IMG/VR virus record: IMGVR_UViG_3300035695_000001 | Span: 1 to 64,000 of that record | Length of the DNA stretch: 64,000 nucleotides | DNA from: a virus | Reading direction: 5' to 3' (one strand) | Shown: positions 54,751 through 64,000 of the stretch, one piece after another | Numbering within the stretch: the first letter of the stretch is position 1 | Layout of the letters: each line of letters opens with the position of its first letter | The notes under the pieces: generated by a model | What the model saw: the letters and a program-made list of their open reading frames with translations, nothing else | Databases searched by the model: none | What the model was told of the DNA's origin: nothing | Program-made: the position numbers and the translations under genes

Positions 54751-55389
54751 TCAAATTCCAGTCAGCCCGACAGTGCCAATCCCGGCTACGAAACCACTAC
54801 TAGACACGGTAATGATGGCTACGTCCCATGCCGGCAAGACGAGTTTGAGTCTGAGACATAGCCTCCTCTTGAGGTCATCCAGAGCCGATGAGACAAGTCC
54901 AGTAGCGTTAATTTTTACGCCCAAGAGGTTCGACGTTCCGCTCCATCCGTACCCCGCGGGCCCTGGGTTCAAGCCGGGGGCGTACACGATCGGCGATGCT
55001 GCCGCCGTGAGCCCAACGAAGGCCGAGCCCGCAATGGCCTGGCACGCATCCTCGATCGCCGCCAGCGCGTTGGACGAGAGCCCAGCGAAGCACGCTGCCA
55101 CGGCCCCGCGCCGGTCGTTGTCGCTCGTCCCTGGCAGGACCGAGAGCGAGCACGCCTCCTCGAAGACGGGGAGGCTCTCCATCATCTTTGGGGGGCACAG
55201 GAGCCCCTTGAGCCGCTCGTCGCATGCCCAGACGTTGGACAGCATGATGGCCTCGGCGTGGCACATCGCGACATGAAGCGGGTCTGTCGGGTCGAGCAGC
55301 GAAGCATCGAGCAGCGCCTGCTTCTCCTGCTGGACGACGCTGGGGCCGCCGCCCAAGCGCATCGCGAGGGGTGTCCCTAGACCAGCCAT
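54751..55389 (-). CDS. baseplate wedge protein (Mu gp48-like)
   Basis: Position after J-like genes; E....L...RR and LPAW motifs. Confidence 0.6.
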   Translation of the reverse strand: MAGLGTPLAMRLGGGPSVVQQEKQALLDASLLDPTDPLHVAMCHAEAIMLSNVWACDERLKGLLCPPKMMESLPVFEEACSLSVLPGTSDNDRRGAVAACFAGLSSNALAAIEDACQAIAGSAFVGLTAAASPIVYAPGLNPGPAGYGWSGTSNLLGVKINATGLVSSALDDLKRRLCLRLKLVLPAWDVAIITVSSSGFVAGIGTVGLTGI

Positions 55390-55392
55390 CGC

Positions 55393-56136
55393 TCAGCCCC
55401 CCACGACGAAGACGTTGGTGCCCACCGGGAGGTCGACCGGCACAGGGCGGTAGTATTCGACGCCACCCCCACCACCGTAAGCGTTGGCGAAGGTCGAGCC
55501 CTGGAGGTCGATGTGCGTGCCGTCAATCACGGTCACCTTCCACACGTTGTTGGCCTCGACGGTCCCGGTCACGTCGACCACTACCACGTAGTAGCCGGTG
55601 ACCAGGTTCGCCGTCGAGGACACGGTCAGCCGGATCAGTCCGGACCCGTTGTTGGCGGCGCCGGAGATCGACAGCCCGCTCGCAGCGGCCACCATGACCG
55701 TGATCGAGACCGAGATGACGTTCCCGGCCCGCGTCGTGGTCATCGTCACTGGGAACGGCATCCCGTCGACGTAAGCGAACGACCAGCGGAAGTTGACGAC
55801 CTCCAGTTGGCTGTTCGGCACGCTATTGGCCCAGATCCCAGGCCCCAGGATCGACGTCGGCAGGGCCTCCACCGTGTAGGTCCCCACCCCTGTCCTGGTG
55901 GCCACCATCCAGTTCGACGGGCCCGTTCCCCACTCGGCCGAGCCGTCTGCGGGCGTCGAAACGCCGCTGGCGACCGTCGGGAATCTGAGCCACGCGCGCC
56001 TGGTCGTGAGCGACATCTGGGCGACCGAGTCGAACGCCCGATTGACCTGCGCGGCGGATAGGTCGGTCTGGACGTTAGCGACGATCACGGCATCGCGCAT
56101 TGGGATGCCGTAGGTCCCGGGGCTCTGGGCTTCCAT
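55393..56136 (-). CDS. tail/baseplate protein with FCCH-like domain
   Basis: RTGVGTYTV and VTGTVEANNVWKVTVIDGTHIDLQGS motifs. Confidence 0.65.
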   Translation of the reverse strand: MEAQSPGTYGIPMRDAVIVANVQTDLSAAQVNRAFDSVAQMSLTTRRAWLRFPTVASGVSTPADGSAEWGTGPSNWMVATRTGVGTYTVEALPTSILGPGIWANSVPNSQLEVVNFRWSFAYVDGMPFPVTMTTTRAGNVISVSITVMVAAASGLSISGAANNGSGLIRLTVSSTANLVTGYYVVVVDVTGTVEANNVWKVTVIDGTHIDLQGSTFANAYGGGGGVEYYRPVPVDLPVGTNVFVVGG

Positions 56137-56151
56137 TGGTCGACGCTGCTC

Positions 56152-57711
56152 CTAAAGTTGCCTGAAGGCGAGGGAGCCAGAGAGCCCAGTCGCAGGGACG
56201 GCTCCGGCCAGGGTGATGACGAGTGGCGGGTCCCCAGTCGTGTCTGGGATCTGCGGCGTCGACTGCGCCGTGCTGGTCCCGGCGAGGTTGACCTGCGAGA
56301 GCGAGAAGTCCTCAATCTCAGCGTATGAGTTTGCAAGGATCCCCAGCATTTTAGTGGTGACTCCGCTAGGCACGCCGTTGGTGATGTCGGCCGCTGGCTG
56401 CCGGCTCGCCAGCGGGAGCAATTCGGGGAGCGCCGTGATCTCACCGGGGCCGAGTTTCTGGACCTGCGCGGCGACGTTCCGCGCGTAGGAGACGAGGTTG
56501 ATCGCGCCGGCCGAGATGTAGACCCGGCACCCCGCGTTGACGATCGTCGTGAGCCATGCGGGGTAGGCCCCCTGGACCGTGATGCTGAAGTTGGGCCACG
56601 ACCCAAGCACGGTCGCGATGTTGAACTCGCGCATGGTCCCCATGACGTGAGGGGTCACCGACGTGTCGAGCGTGGTCGGGTCCCAGATCCCGATGCTGGT
56701 CCCGACCACGGGGGCAGAGACCTGGCTCCCGGCCAGTGAGTGCGTCTGGATCGTGACCCCGAAGGCGATCCCGGTGACGTAGACGTCCTCCGCCGGCCAC
56801 GGAGCCTGGTCTCTCCACCCGCCTCCGTTCCCTGCGCCGAGCGGGAGCGGGAGCGTCAGAGCCGCCACCACGTCTGTCGGTTGGATGGTGCAGGAGTTGA
56901 CCGTGATCCGCTCCTGCCCGGGGAAGGCGGCGGCGAGGGCCCCGCGCACGACGTTCAGGGTGGGGGTGTTGAGAGTGCGGACCGGGCCGGCTTGGGTGCA
57001 GGCCACGGCGAAGGAGCCGGCCCCTCCGTTCGCGGCGTAGCAGTAGGCCGCCTCGACGGCCGCCGTGGCGTTCTCCGCGACCTCGACGACCATGGGCCAG
57101 TTGCCGCCCACGGGGGCCGCCGCGAGCCTCTGGAGGAGGCTGGCGCGGAGTTGGTCGTTCCCGTCTGCCGCGTACCCATCGGTGATCCCGCTCCCATCGA
57201 CGACCCCGGTACGGGCGAGCGCCCCGATGGCCGCGCTGTCCCAGGTGAAGATCGCGCCAGCCTGGGCGTCGCCTCCTGGCCCGCCGGAGATGCAGGTGAC
57301 GGGGACCGATGCGCCGGTGGCGAATGTCCCGCCCCCAGTCGCCCCAGTCGTGTACCGCTGGGCGCCGATCGTCCCTGTGAAGTTCGGAGGGATCGTGACG
57401 GTGCCGGAGCAGGTGATCGTGATCCCGCCGCTGGCGTTGCTCGCCGGACGTGGGGCGACCCCGAAGACGGCGGCCAGGGCGATGAGATCGTCCCCCGTCG
57501 CGGTGAGCGGGTTGGACTGGGCCAGGCTGATCTGGTTGTTGGCGATGGCCTGCGCCACCCGCTGCGTGATGGCGACGCCGCGGTTGTAGCAGTCGCTCCC
57601 GACCCCAGTCTCGACCGTGAGCCCGCCCGAGTAGACGTAGTAGGCGTACCGGAGCGCATCGAGGTACGTGGCGAGCAACTGGCTCGGGGTCGGGTACGCG
57701 GTCTGCACCAT
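56152..57711 (-). CDS. baseplate J/gp47 family protein
   Basis: ATGDDL..LA..FGV..RPAS.ASG, C...G..G and D..LR..LL.RL..P.GGN motifs. Confidence 0.9.
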   Translation of the reverse strand: MVQTAYPTPSQLLATYLDALRYAYYVYSGGLTVETGVGSDCYNRGVAITQRVAQAIANNQISLAQSNPLTATGDDLIALAAVFGVAPRPASNASGGITITCSGTVTIPPNFTGTIGAQRYTTGATGGGTFATGASVPVTCISGGPGGDAQAGAIFTWDSAAIGALARTGVVDGSGITDGYAADGNDQLRASLLQRLAAAPVGGNWPMVVEVAENATAAVEAAYCYAANGGAGSFAVACTQAGPVRTLNTPTLNVVRGALAAAFPGQERITVNSCTIQPTDVVAALTLPLPLGAGNGGGWRDQAPWPAEDVYVTGIAFGVTIQTHSLAGSQVSAPVVGTSIGIWDPTTLDTSVTPHVMGTMREFNIATVLGSWPNFSITVQGAYPAWLTTIVNAGCRVYISAGAINLVSYARNVAAQVQKLGPGEITALPELLPLASRQPAADITNGVPSGVTTKMLGILANSYAEIEDFSLSQVNLAGTSTAQSTPQIPDTTGDPPLVITLAGAVPATGLSGSLAFRQL

Positions 57712-57713
57712 GG

Positions 57714-58157
57714 CTACAACGTCACCGTATCCGCCGCGCTGGTGCGCAGGTTGAAGAACTTGATCGAGCGGATCACGGTCTGGTGCCCGTCGTCGGTCAC
57801 GGTGACGACCACGTCCTTGATCGCCCCCTCCTTGACCATGCCTTGCAGGGCCGTGATGTACGCCTGGCGCTGTTGCTCCAGTGCCGCCGCGTAGATGATC
57901 GGGATGGGGATCTCCGCCGCCTGGCAGGTGAGGATGACCCGCTGCGCGGTCCCGTCCATGCCCACGAGGTTCCCCGACGGGTCGACCACGTACCGGAGCG
58001 TTCGCTGGTCAGGGACAGAGCCTGGGGCCATCAGCGCGCCGGGCCCGCGGTCCTGGACGAGCAGGGCCCTCGACGCCTTCACCGATGGGGCGACGAGCGT
58101 GATCGTGCCGCCACCGGCCGGGCCTGACCCTGCGGGGAAGGAGCCTACGCCGCCCAT
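57714..58157 (-). CDS. baseplate wedge subunit (gp46/gp25-like)
   Basis: Size and position between the spike and J genes. Confidence 0.6.
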   Translation of the reverse strand: MGGVGSFPAGSGPAGGGTITLVAPSVKASRALLVQDRGPGALMAPGSVPDQRTLRYVVDPSGNLVGMDGTAQRVILTCQAAEIPIPIIYAAALEQQRQAYITALQGMVKEGAIKDVVVTVTDDGHQTVIRSIKFFNLRTSAADTVTL

Positions 58158-58174
58158 CAGCTACACCGCTCCCT

Positions 58175-58900
58175 TCATGGGACGACCAGCGGCACGAGGT
58201 TGACCAGGATGCCAGCGGGGGCCCCTAGACTCGGCGTCGTGGTGATCGCGATGGTGCCGCCAGGCAGGAAGGCGATGACGCAGTTCCCAGGCGGGGTCGT
58301 CGAGGTGAAGGAGAGCGTCAGACCGGCGGCGGACACGTTGACGGCCCCCGAGTTACCAGCGCCATCGGTGTAGGTGGCCGCGAGCGACGTCGGCGAGGCT
58401 TCCACCGTCACGTCGCCCGTCTGGGCCGTGATGGTGCCGGCCGCCTTGTCGAGCACCAAGGACGCACCCCCTGCCTTGGCGCTGACCTGCTTCGCAGTCG
58501 CGTCCAGTTCGACGTGGAGGTCCGCGTCCGTCTTGCTGTAGAGCCCGACCTTGTCGGCGCCCGTCGCGTCGAGCCACGCGAAGGCGTTGGCGTTCAGGCT
58601 GGTGATGACACGGTCCGACGAGCCGATCGTGAAGTTCGCATTGGCCAGCGCTTGCAGTTCCCTGTCATCGCGGGCCGCGATTCCGATCCGGTCGTCCCCG
58701 AGCGTCATCTGGACGACGCCAGCGCTCCCCCCTTGGGTGTCCGCTGGCGCAGGACCACCGTAGAACCCGAGCGACGCGAACATCGGCGCCTCTGCCGCAA
58801 CGCCGGTTCCGTCGCTGGTGTCGCCGAGGTTCGGGGTCGCCCCGTCGTCCTCCGACGTGGCCGTGACGCCAAGGATCTCGAAGTCATAGTCGTTGACCAT
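58175..58900 (-). CDS. baseplate spike (Mu gp45/GpV-like)
   Basis: GF.G.PA and RD.R motifs; C-terminal beta-strand repeats. Confidence 0.7.
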   Translation of the reverse strand: MVNDYDFEILGVTATSEDDGATPNLGDTSDGTGVAAEAPMFASLGFYGGPAPADTQGGSAGVVQMTLGDDRIGIAARDDRELQALANANFTIGSSDRVITSLNANAFAWLDATGADKVGLYSKTDADLHVELDATAKQVSAKAGGASLVLDKAAGTITAQTGDVTVEASPTSLAATYTDGAGNSGAVNVSAAGLTLSFTSTTPPGNCVIAFLPGGTIAITTTPSLGAPAGILVNLVPLVVP

Positions 58901-60117
58901 CAGGTGCTACCAGGGGAAGGACCGAGGATGAGGGCCCCGCTCGGGATGAGGATGCCGGACGTTCTCTGCCCACCGCTCACGTCGAGGTGCAGGGTACGTT
59001 CAAGCATCCAGAAGGTGGCGTCGAGCCCCTCTGGGACGATGGCCAGCCGGCCCTGTGTGTCCACCGACCAGACCGCGCCAGATTTCGTGAGCCAGCCGTC
59101 GACCGTCCACCCCTTGACCTGGTAGGCGTGGACCGCGTGCTTGCCCAACACAAGTTGCGCCGCCGCGGTACACTTGGTCGGGTCTGAACTGTGCTTGTCT
59201 TTGTAGATCAGCGGCTTGGTCGGATGGGTCGCGCTCTTGTAAACGCATAGCGTAGGGAGCACGTCCGAAGCCAGCGTGACCGGGCTCTTGGGCCTGCTGG
59301 CGTTGAACGCGGCACCGCTCGTACCAGGCGGCGGCCCCTGTTGGCCAGCCTGCCCAATGACTGACGCCTGGGAGAACGCCTGCTTGTTGGTGGTCTCGAC
59401 CTCGATGTCGCCGTAGAACAGGTTGAACTCTGAGCCGAGTCCTGGTTGCGTCGACATCCCCAGCGACCACGACCTTCCCTGTGTGTAGTTCGCCGTACCA
59501 AGGATGATCCCGCCGTTGCCGTCGTCGCGCATGACGACGCCGAGCCTGGTCACGATCTTGTTGATGAAGGCGACGCAGTTCTCACCCTCCTTAGCTACCG
59601 CTGCCTTGGTTTTCAGATCGCTCACCACGAACGGCGGAGCGGTCCCTCCGGGCAACGGCTTGCCTGAAAGAGCCTCGGCCCGTGCTCTACCGTCGGTGGT
59701 GATCGGGAAGCCGGGAGGGTAGTACGGCGCCAGCACCTGCCGGACAACGGCTTCGATCGACGTCGCCGACTTACTGCGGATCGTGTAGTCAGGGTTGACG
59801 TTGGCCTCGTGCGCCGTGGTGAGCAGGCTCTCGCACTGGATCTGGAGCGTGCATCCCGTCTTGGCGCTGTACCTCCGCTTCGCGCTGACGACGAGGTAGC
59901 GCCCCTGGCAGGCGCTGTTGACGTAGACACGAACCTCTGCCCCGCGGTCGAGCCTGGTCCTGTAGTCGTTCCACCGCGCGAGAGGCGGAGCGATGTGCAG
60001 GTCCAGATGGCCGAGCGGGTCGGTGAAAGAGTCCTTGAGCGTGGCCTGCGTGAACGTGTCGACGACGAAACCATCAGGGGTCGCGATGCGAAGTTGGGCG
60101 CGTGGCTGGTTCGCCAT
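58900..60117 (-). CDS. baseplate hub (Mu gp44/late control D-like)
   Basis: GENC..FI......G, VDGW....GAVW and G..T...L.P.GA motifs. Confidence 0.8.
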   Translation of the reverse strand: MANQPRAQLRIATPDGFVVDTFTQATLKDSFTDPLGHLDLHIAPPLARWNDYRTRLDRGAEVRVYVNSACQGRYLVVSAKRRYSAKTGCTLQIQCESLLTTAHEANVNPDYTIRSKSATSIEAVVRQVLAPYYPPGFPITTDGRARAEALSGKPLPGGTAPPFVVSDLKTKAAVAKEGENCVAFINKIVTRLGVVMRDDGNGGIILGTANYTQGRSWSLGMSTQPGLGSEFNLFYGDIEVETTNKQAFSQASVIGQAGQQGPPPGTSGAAFNASRPKSPVTLASDVLPTLCVYKSATHPTKPLIYKDKHSSDPTKCTAAAQLVLGKHAVHAYQVKGWTVDGWLTKSGAVWSVDTQGRLAIVPEGLDATFWMLERTLHLDVSGGQRTSGILIPSGALILGPSPGST

Positions 60118-60120
60118 ACG

Positions 60121-61077
60121 TCAGGCCGCCGTGTAGTAGGTGATGGCCTTGTACTTCGGCACCTGGACGAATGGGATCAACTGCGGGTTGAGCCCGAGGA
60201 TGTCGTCGAAGGTGTTGCCCACCGAGTTTGCAAACGCGGCCAGGGTGGTAGGTGTGTCGATGGTCCTGCTCGCGGTTGGCCGGTTGGCCAGGCCGATCTG
60301 CGTCTGGGCGCCCTGGATGTAGGAGAAGAACGCCCAGACGGCCGACAGCGCCTGGGACGCCTGACAGGCGTCGAGCGACGTCAGGATCTCAGCCATCGCG
60401 ATGACGTCACCGATGAGCGCCAGGATCTGCGCCAGCGTCGTGAATGACAGCGAGAAGACGCCGCCCGAGATGGCCGCCCAGATCGACGAGAGAGAGATGC
60501 TCGCGCCCGTCGGCATCCCGTACATGCCCCACGTTTGCTGGGGCAGCCTCCCAGGCCCAGGGAAGACACCGAACTCGGCGCACGCTGCATCGGCAGCGCT
60601 CGCCAATGTGGCTGGGTTGCCGGCGAGCACGTCGCCGAAGAAGGCGATGGTGCTCGGATCCTCGTTGGTCAACTCCCAGGTGATGGTCACCGTGATGCCG
60701 CTCAGGCTCTCGGTGGTGATGGTCGTCGACCCGTCCGCCACGACGGCGCGAACCGACCCAAGGAGCGGGTGGACGAGATCCCCGGGGTTGCCGTCGAGCA
60801 CCTGGGTCTTGAAGACCTCCCAGTATTCTGGGAACCAGCGCGCGTACCCCAGCGGTGGCGCTTGCGTCTGCGTGTTCAGGAAGCGGCACTCGACCTTGAA
60901 CGGCTTGACGTCCATCCCGGTCCAGTCGTGGCCGGCGATGTCGACATAGGGGTACTCACGCTTCGCCTGACGGTGCGTCCATTCGAGCGGGAAGGCGTGG
61001 TACGGCGGGAGCAAGAGCCCGCGCCAAGACGGCGCGGAGAGCCCTTGGATGATGGTGCTGTCGCCGGTCGCCATCAC
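60121..61077 (-). CDS. DNA-circularisation N-terminal domain protein (Mu gp43-like tube initiator) with C-terminal LysM-like region
   Basis: SWRG, REYPYVD...D.TG and GDLVHPLLG motifs; ILGLNP near the C-terminus; follows the tape measure gene. Confidence 0.85.
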   Translation of the reverse strand: MMATGDSTIIQGLSAPSWRGLLLPPYHAFPLEWTHRQAKREYPYVDIAGHDWTGMDVKPFKVECRFLNTQTQAPPLGYARWFPEYWEVFKTQVLDGNPGDLVHPLLGSVRAVVADGSTTITTESLSGITVTITWELTNEDPSTIAFFGDVLAGNPATLASAADAACAEFGVFPGPGRLPQQTWGMYGMPTGASISLSSIWAAISGGVFSLSFTTLAQILALIGDVIAMAEILTSLDACQASQALSAVWAFFSYIQGAQTQIGLANRPTASRTIDTPTTLAAFANSVGNTFDDILGLNPQLIPFVQVPKYKAITYYTAA

Positions 61078-63245
61078 TTCCCCGGAGTCGCGCCAGAGAA
61101 GACGCTGCCGCCACTGCCGTGGTTGGCTCGATCGACGATCGTGCCCAGCGTAGCGATGTGACGGCCGATTGCATCGGCTGCGGCGTGTTGCTTGTCGGCT
61201 GCGGCGTGTTGCTTGTCGGCTGCGGCGTGTTGCTTGTCGGCTGTTGGACTCCCAGTAGCCGGCGTAGTACCAGGCGCTGCTGTGGTCGTATGGTCACCTG
61301 ACCCACCGAGCCCGCCACCCTCGTCGTAAGCCGCTAGGGCTTGCTTGTGCTCCTTGAGCTTGGCGTACATCGCCATCAACTCGACTTGGGTCCGGCCCTT
61401 GGATTGCTCGCCTGAGTCAAGGGCAGCCTCCTCCTCGCCGACGTAGAATCTGGAAGCGTCAACGATTCGCTTCTTGAGCAGCCTCCGCTTGACCGAAGTC
61501 TCCTTGGACTCGCCAGGCTTCTCCTCGCCGAGCGCTGCGTACTGCGAGAGCGCCTCCTGACGCTCTTGCGCGTACGTCGCCATGGCGTTTGTATGCTCGC
61601 CGCCGCTGACCAGGTGTAGCGCTTGCAGGAATGCGACGACGCCACGGACGGCCGTACCGAGGAGACCCACGGAGCCAGCGAGCGCCTCCCACAGCCCCTT
61701 GTTTGCTCCGATCTCTTTCATGAACCCGGTCAGCGTTGGGACCATCTCCTTGCCCACCGCCTGGACCAGGCTCTGCCAGGCGGCTTCCATCTGGGCTCCG
61801 CCCGTCGCTTGGACCGTGTTCACGTCCTGGAGCAGGTCCTTGTAGTCGCCCGACGCGGCGGCCAGTTCATCGAACTTGGCCTTGACCGCGGATGCCCCGG
61901 CGGCGGCCTTCTCCTTCTCGGTCCCCTGTGTTGAGGCATACGCCTTATTGAAGGCGTCGAGCATTGGCGTCATCACGGCGCCTGGCTGACCCCTGCCGCC
62001 ACCGCCGAAGATTTTGTCGAGCGCGAGCTTCATCGGGACCGCGTTGGTCTCGTCCCCCTTGACGGTGTTCTGGGCGCGGGCCTTCACGAACATCTCCGCC
62101 ATGATGTCTTGGATCGGACGGATCTTTGCCTGCCCGTGCTCGTCCTTCTCGGTCGAGTAGACGTCGAGTCCTAGACCACCCTTCCCGGTCCCCTTTAGTT
62201 TCGTGGCCTGGCTCGTGAGTTTGGACATGAACATGCCCACAGCCTGGCCTGAACGCTCCGGGTCTCCACCCTCGCCCGCCGCACCGAGGAGCGCGTTCAT
62301 GCCGCGAACGCCGAGCCGCTCGATGTCGTAACCTGCACCCTTTGCACGCCCTGATGCCAACTGGAGTTGTGACGCCGCCTGCTCGAACGAGACGCCGCCA
62401 ACCTTCGCACGAGCAGCAACTGCGGCCAGAGCGTCGCCCATCTCGTTGACGTCCTTGATCTTGAACTCGCGGTGGAGTTTGCCCGCGAGCGCCCCGATCT
62501 CCTCCGTCCCCTTCCCGGTCGCCTGCGACACCTTGGCGATGACGTCGGCGTACTTCCGCGCGTCGGGGAGACTCCCGCTCTTCTCACGGAAAGCCCCTAC
62601 GCCGGCTGCCACGTCCTCGGCCTTCATGCCAGGGTTGGCGATGGCGGTCTCCTCGAACTCCCGACGGAGCGCGGAGACGTTGGTCAACTTTTCTCCTGGA
62701 CGGCGCGCGTCGATGGCAATGCGACGGGCGATCCCCTGGAGTTTCATCGACTCGCGGACGGCTCCGCTGATGCCGTCGATGACCTTGCCGCTGAGTCCAG
62801 AGAGGCTGGTCATCCAGCCGGCGCCGAGGTCGCTGATGAGCCGCTTCCCGATCCCTCCTAGGAGGTTCGGCACGACCATGGCAATGCGACGGGCCGAAGC
62901 CACCGCGGCGTCTTCGACCTTCTTGATCGATGCTTCCTGAGCCGCGGCGGCCTTCTTCGCCTCGTCCTCCCGGATCTTCGCGACCGCCTTGGCATCTGCC
63001 ATGGCTTTCTTCGCAGCATCAGAAGACGCCTTGGCCGTAGCGCGCTCCTGTGCCGCCATCTCGGCCGTGACGTTGCGCGAGACGCCTAGCCTGGCGTTCA
63101 TCGCCTTGCGCCACTCGGCGTCGGCACGTTCCTGTGCAGCCTGCTGAGCGGCTTGCGCTCGCACGCCGTCCTCGCCCAGCGTGGCGATGGCCTTCTTCAG
63201 TTCGGCGTCGCCGATCTTGCTGAACTGCCAGACGACTTCGGGCAT
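61074..63245 (-). CDS. tail tape measure protein
   Basis: 723 aa, Ala-rich helical; position upstream of the gp43-like gene. Confidence 0.9.
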   Translation of the reverse strand: MPEVVWQFSKIGDAELKKAIATLGEDGVRAQAAQQAAQERADAEWRKAMNARLGVSRNVTAEMAAQERATAKASSDAAKKAMADAKAVAKIREDEAKKAAAAQEASIKKVEDAAVASARRIAMVVPNLLGGIGKRLISDLGAGWMTSLSGLSGKVIDGISGAVRESMKLQGIARRIAIDARRPGEKLTNVSALRREFEETAIANPGMKAEDVAAGVGAFREKSGSLPDARKYADVIAKVSQATGKGTEEIGALAGKLHREFKIKDVNEMGDALAAVAARAKVGGVSFEQAASQLQLASGRAKGAGYDIERLGVRGMNALLGAAGEGGDPERSGQAVGMFMSKLTSQATKLKGTGKGGLGLDVYSTEKDEHGQAKIRPIQDIMAEMFVKARAQNTVKGDETNAVPMKLALDKIFGGGGRGQPGAVMTPMLDAFNKAYASTQGTEKEKAAAGASAVKAKFDELAAASGDYKDLLQDVNTVQATGGAQMEAAWQSLVQAVGKEMVPTLTGFMKEIGANKGLWEALAGSVGLLGTAVRGVVAFLQALHLVSGGEHTNAMATYAQERQEALSQYAALGEEKPGESKETSVKRRLLKKRIVDASRFYVGEEEAALDSGEQSKGRTQVELMAMYAKLKEHKQALAAYDEGGGLGGSGDHTTTAAPGTTPATGSPTADKQHAAADKQHAAADKQHAAADAIGRHIATLGTIVDRANHGSGGSVFSGATPGK
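61174..61243. repeat. perfect 21-bp tandem repeat x3.3 (ADKQHAA) in the tape measure C-terminus
   Basis: TCGGCTGCGGCGTGTTGCTTG x3 plus 7 nt. Confidence 0.95.
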
Positions 63246-63249
63246 GGCG

Positions 63250-63639
63250 CTACGACCCCACCTGGTTCAAGGCGTCGTCCAGACGCTGCTCGGCGAGCGC
63301 GGCGACCTCCGCCGTACGGGAGAAGCCCTTCTTCTCCACGAAACTGGCGTGCTCGGCGTGCGCTCCCCAGGTCACCGTCACCGAGTCCGCGTCGATGACG
63401 GGAACTTCGGCGTAGGTGCTGGCGTCCAGCGCGCCGGTCTTGCTCTTGTACGCGGCGCTCGCCAGCGCCTCGGCCGTGGCTTCGTCCAGCGTGGTCTTCA
63501 TGACCTCGGCGACGCCTTCCAGAGCCTTGATCTGTTCTGCGGAAGCGCCAGGCATCTCAGCGGCTTCGTCCACCTCGCGCAACGCTGCCGCGACAGCGTC
63601 TGCACCAGTGGCAGTGAAGTCCCAGAGGAGGGCTGGCAT
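63250..63639 (-). CDS. hypothetical tail protein (HK97 gp10-like C-terminus)
   Basis: KTGAL.AS...V......HASFVE.KG pattern. Confidence 0.55.
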   Translation of the reverse strand: MPALLWDFTATGADAVAAALREVDEAAEMPGASAEQIKALEGVAEVMKTTLDEATAEALASAAYKSKTGALDASTYAEVPVIDADSVTVTWGAHAEHASFVEKKGFSRTAEVAALAEQRLDDALNQVGS

Positions 63640-63642
63640 TGC

Positions 63643-64000
63643 TTACTCCGCGGCGGGCTCCGGCCTGGCAGCCAGCGCCGCTTCCAGTTCTGCGATCCGC
63701 ACTCGCGCAGCAGCCAGCGCAGACTCCGCTGCCTCTCGGTCGGCAACGAACGCCGGGAGCGCTGCCTGTGCGTCCACGACCTCCTGCCTGGCGCTTGTGA
63801 GTTTTGCGGCCATGAGCGACGCGATGAGGATCGTCTCGCTCATGCTCCTTGGAGCGAACAGGATCTTGGGGATGTCGGTCCCGATGTTGCTGGCCAGGGC
63901 CGGCGCCATCTTCTCGACGATCTCGTCGGCGCTCTCCACCGTGAGGGCCGGAGCGAGCGCCATCTCCTCCTTCGTCAGCCGGTACATGTTGTGGAGCGCC
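63643..64000 (-). CDS. probable tail assembly chaperone (5' end outside window)
   Basis: Position upstream of the tape measure gene; frame open to the window edge. Confidence 0.55.
   Translation of the reverse strand, partial: ALHNMYRLTKEEMALAPALTVESADEIVEKMAPALASNIGTDIPKILFAPRSMSETILIASLMAAKLTSARQEVVDAQAALPAFVADREAAESALAAARVRIAELEAALAARPEPAAE

Noticed and set aside
54798-54807. ACTAGACAC as another operator
   Set aside because: It lies inside a CDS and lacks the TG of the consensus.
51236-64000. Tailocin or eCIS rather than phage
   Set aside because: It is contiguous with phage early, recombination and lysis genes that share one operator motif. Head genes probably lie beyond the window edge.

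Overview
A 64 kb high-GC segment of a tailed dsDNA phage or prophage with a contractile Mu/P2-like tail. The host is probably a myxobacterium (inferred from Cys-rich and DAG-rich lipoproteins). No integrase, terminase, portal or stand-alone capsid gene is visible. 1-24.8 kb (+) holds early and recombination genes: DUF3560-methyltransferase, DUF932, DUF488, SSB, Sak4-like ATPase, tRNA-Pro(UGG), a nucleotidyltransferase and a PD-(D/E)XK nuclease, plus an IS1341-like tnpB element whose ends can be mapped precisely. 24.8-29.3 kb (-) encodes three tail-fibre/spike-like proteins with export or lipoprotein signals, followed by an origin-like non-coding region. 30-38.7 kb (+) holds middle genes (TrpF-like, MmcB-like, UDG-like, ATP-grasp, DHH). 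38.6-42.5 kb (-) is a lysis-like operon (GH25, papain-like protease, lipoproteins). 42.6-51.2 kb holds accessory genes, and 51.2-64 kb (-) holds tail fibre, baseplate, tape measure and chaperone genes. Main unexplained signals: (1) an 844-aa concatemer of shortened copies of virion proteins, divergent from an orphan double-antitoxin gene, a candidate decoy or counter-defence locus; (2) 15 copies of a covarying single-bulge hairpin between stop codons and Shine-Dalgarno sites of early genes; (3) a dispersed TGCTAGACA operator network; (4) a ~250-nt structured ncRNA candidate; (5) signal-peptide-bearing fibre proteins, one ending in an ssrA-like tail. All family assignments come from motif recognition by eye; no database searches were run.
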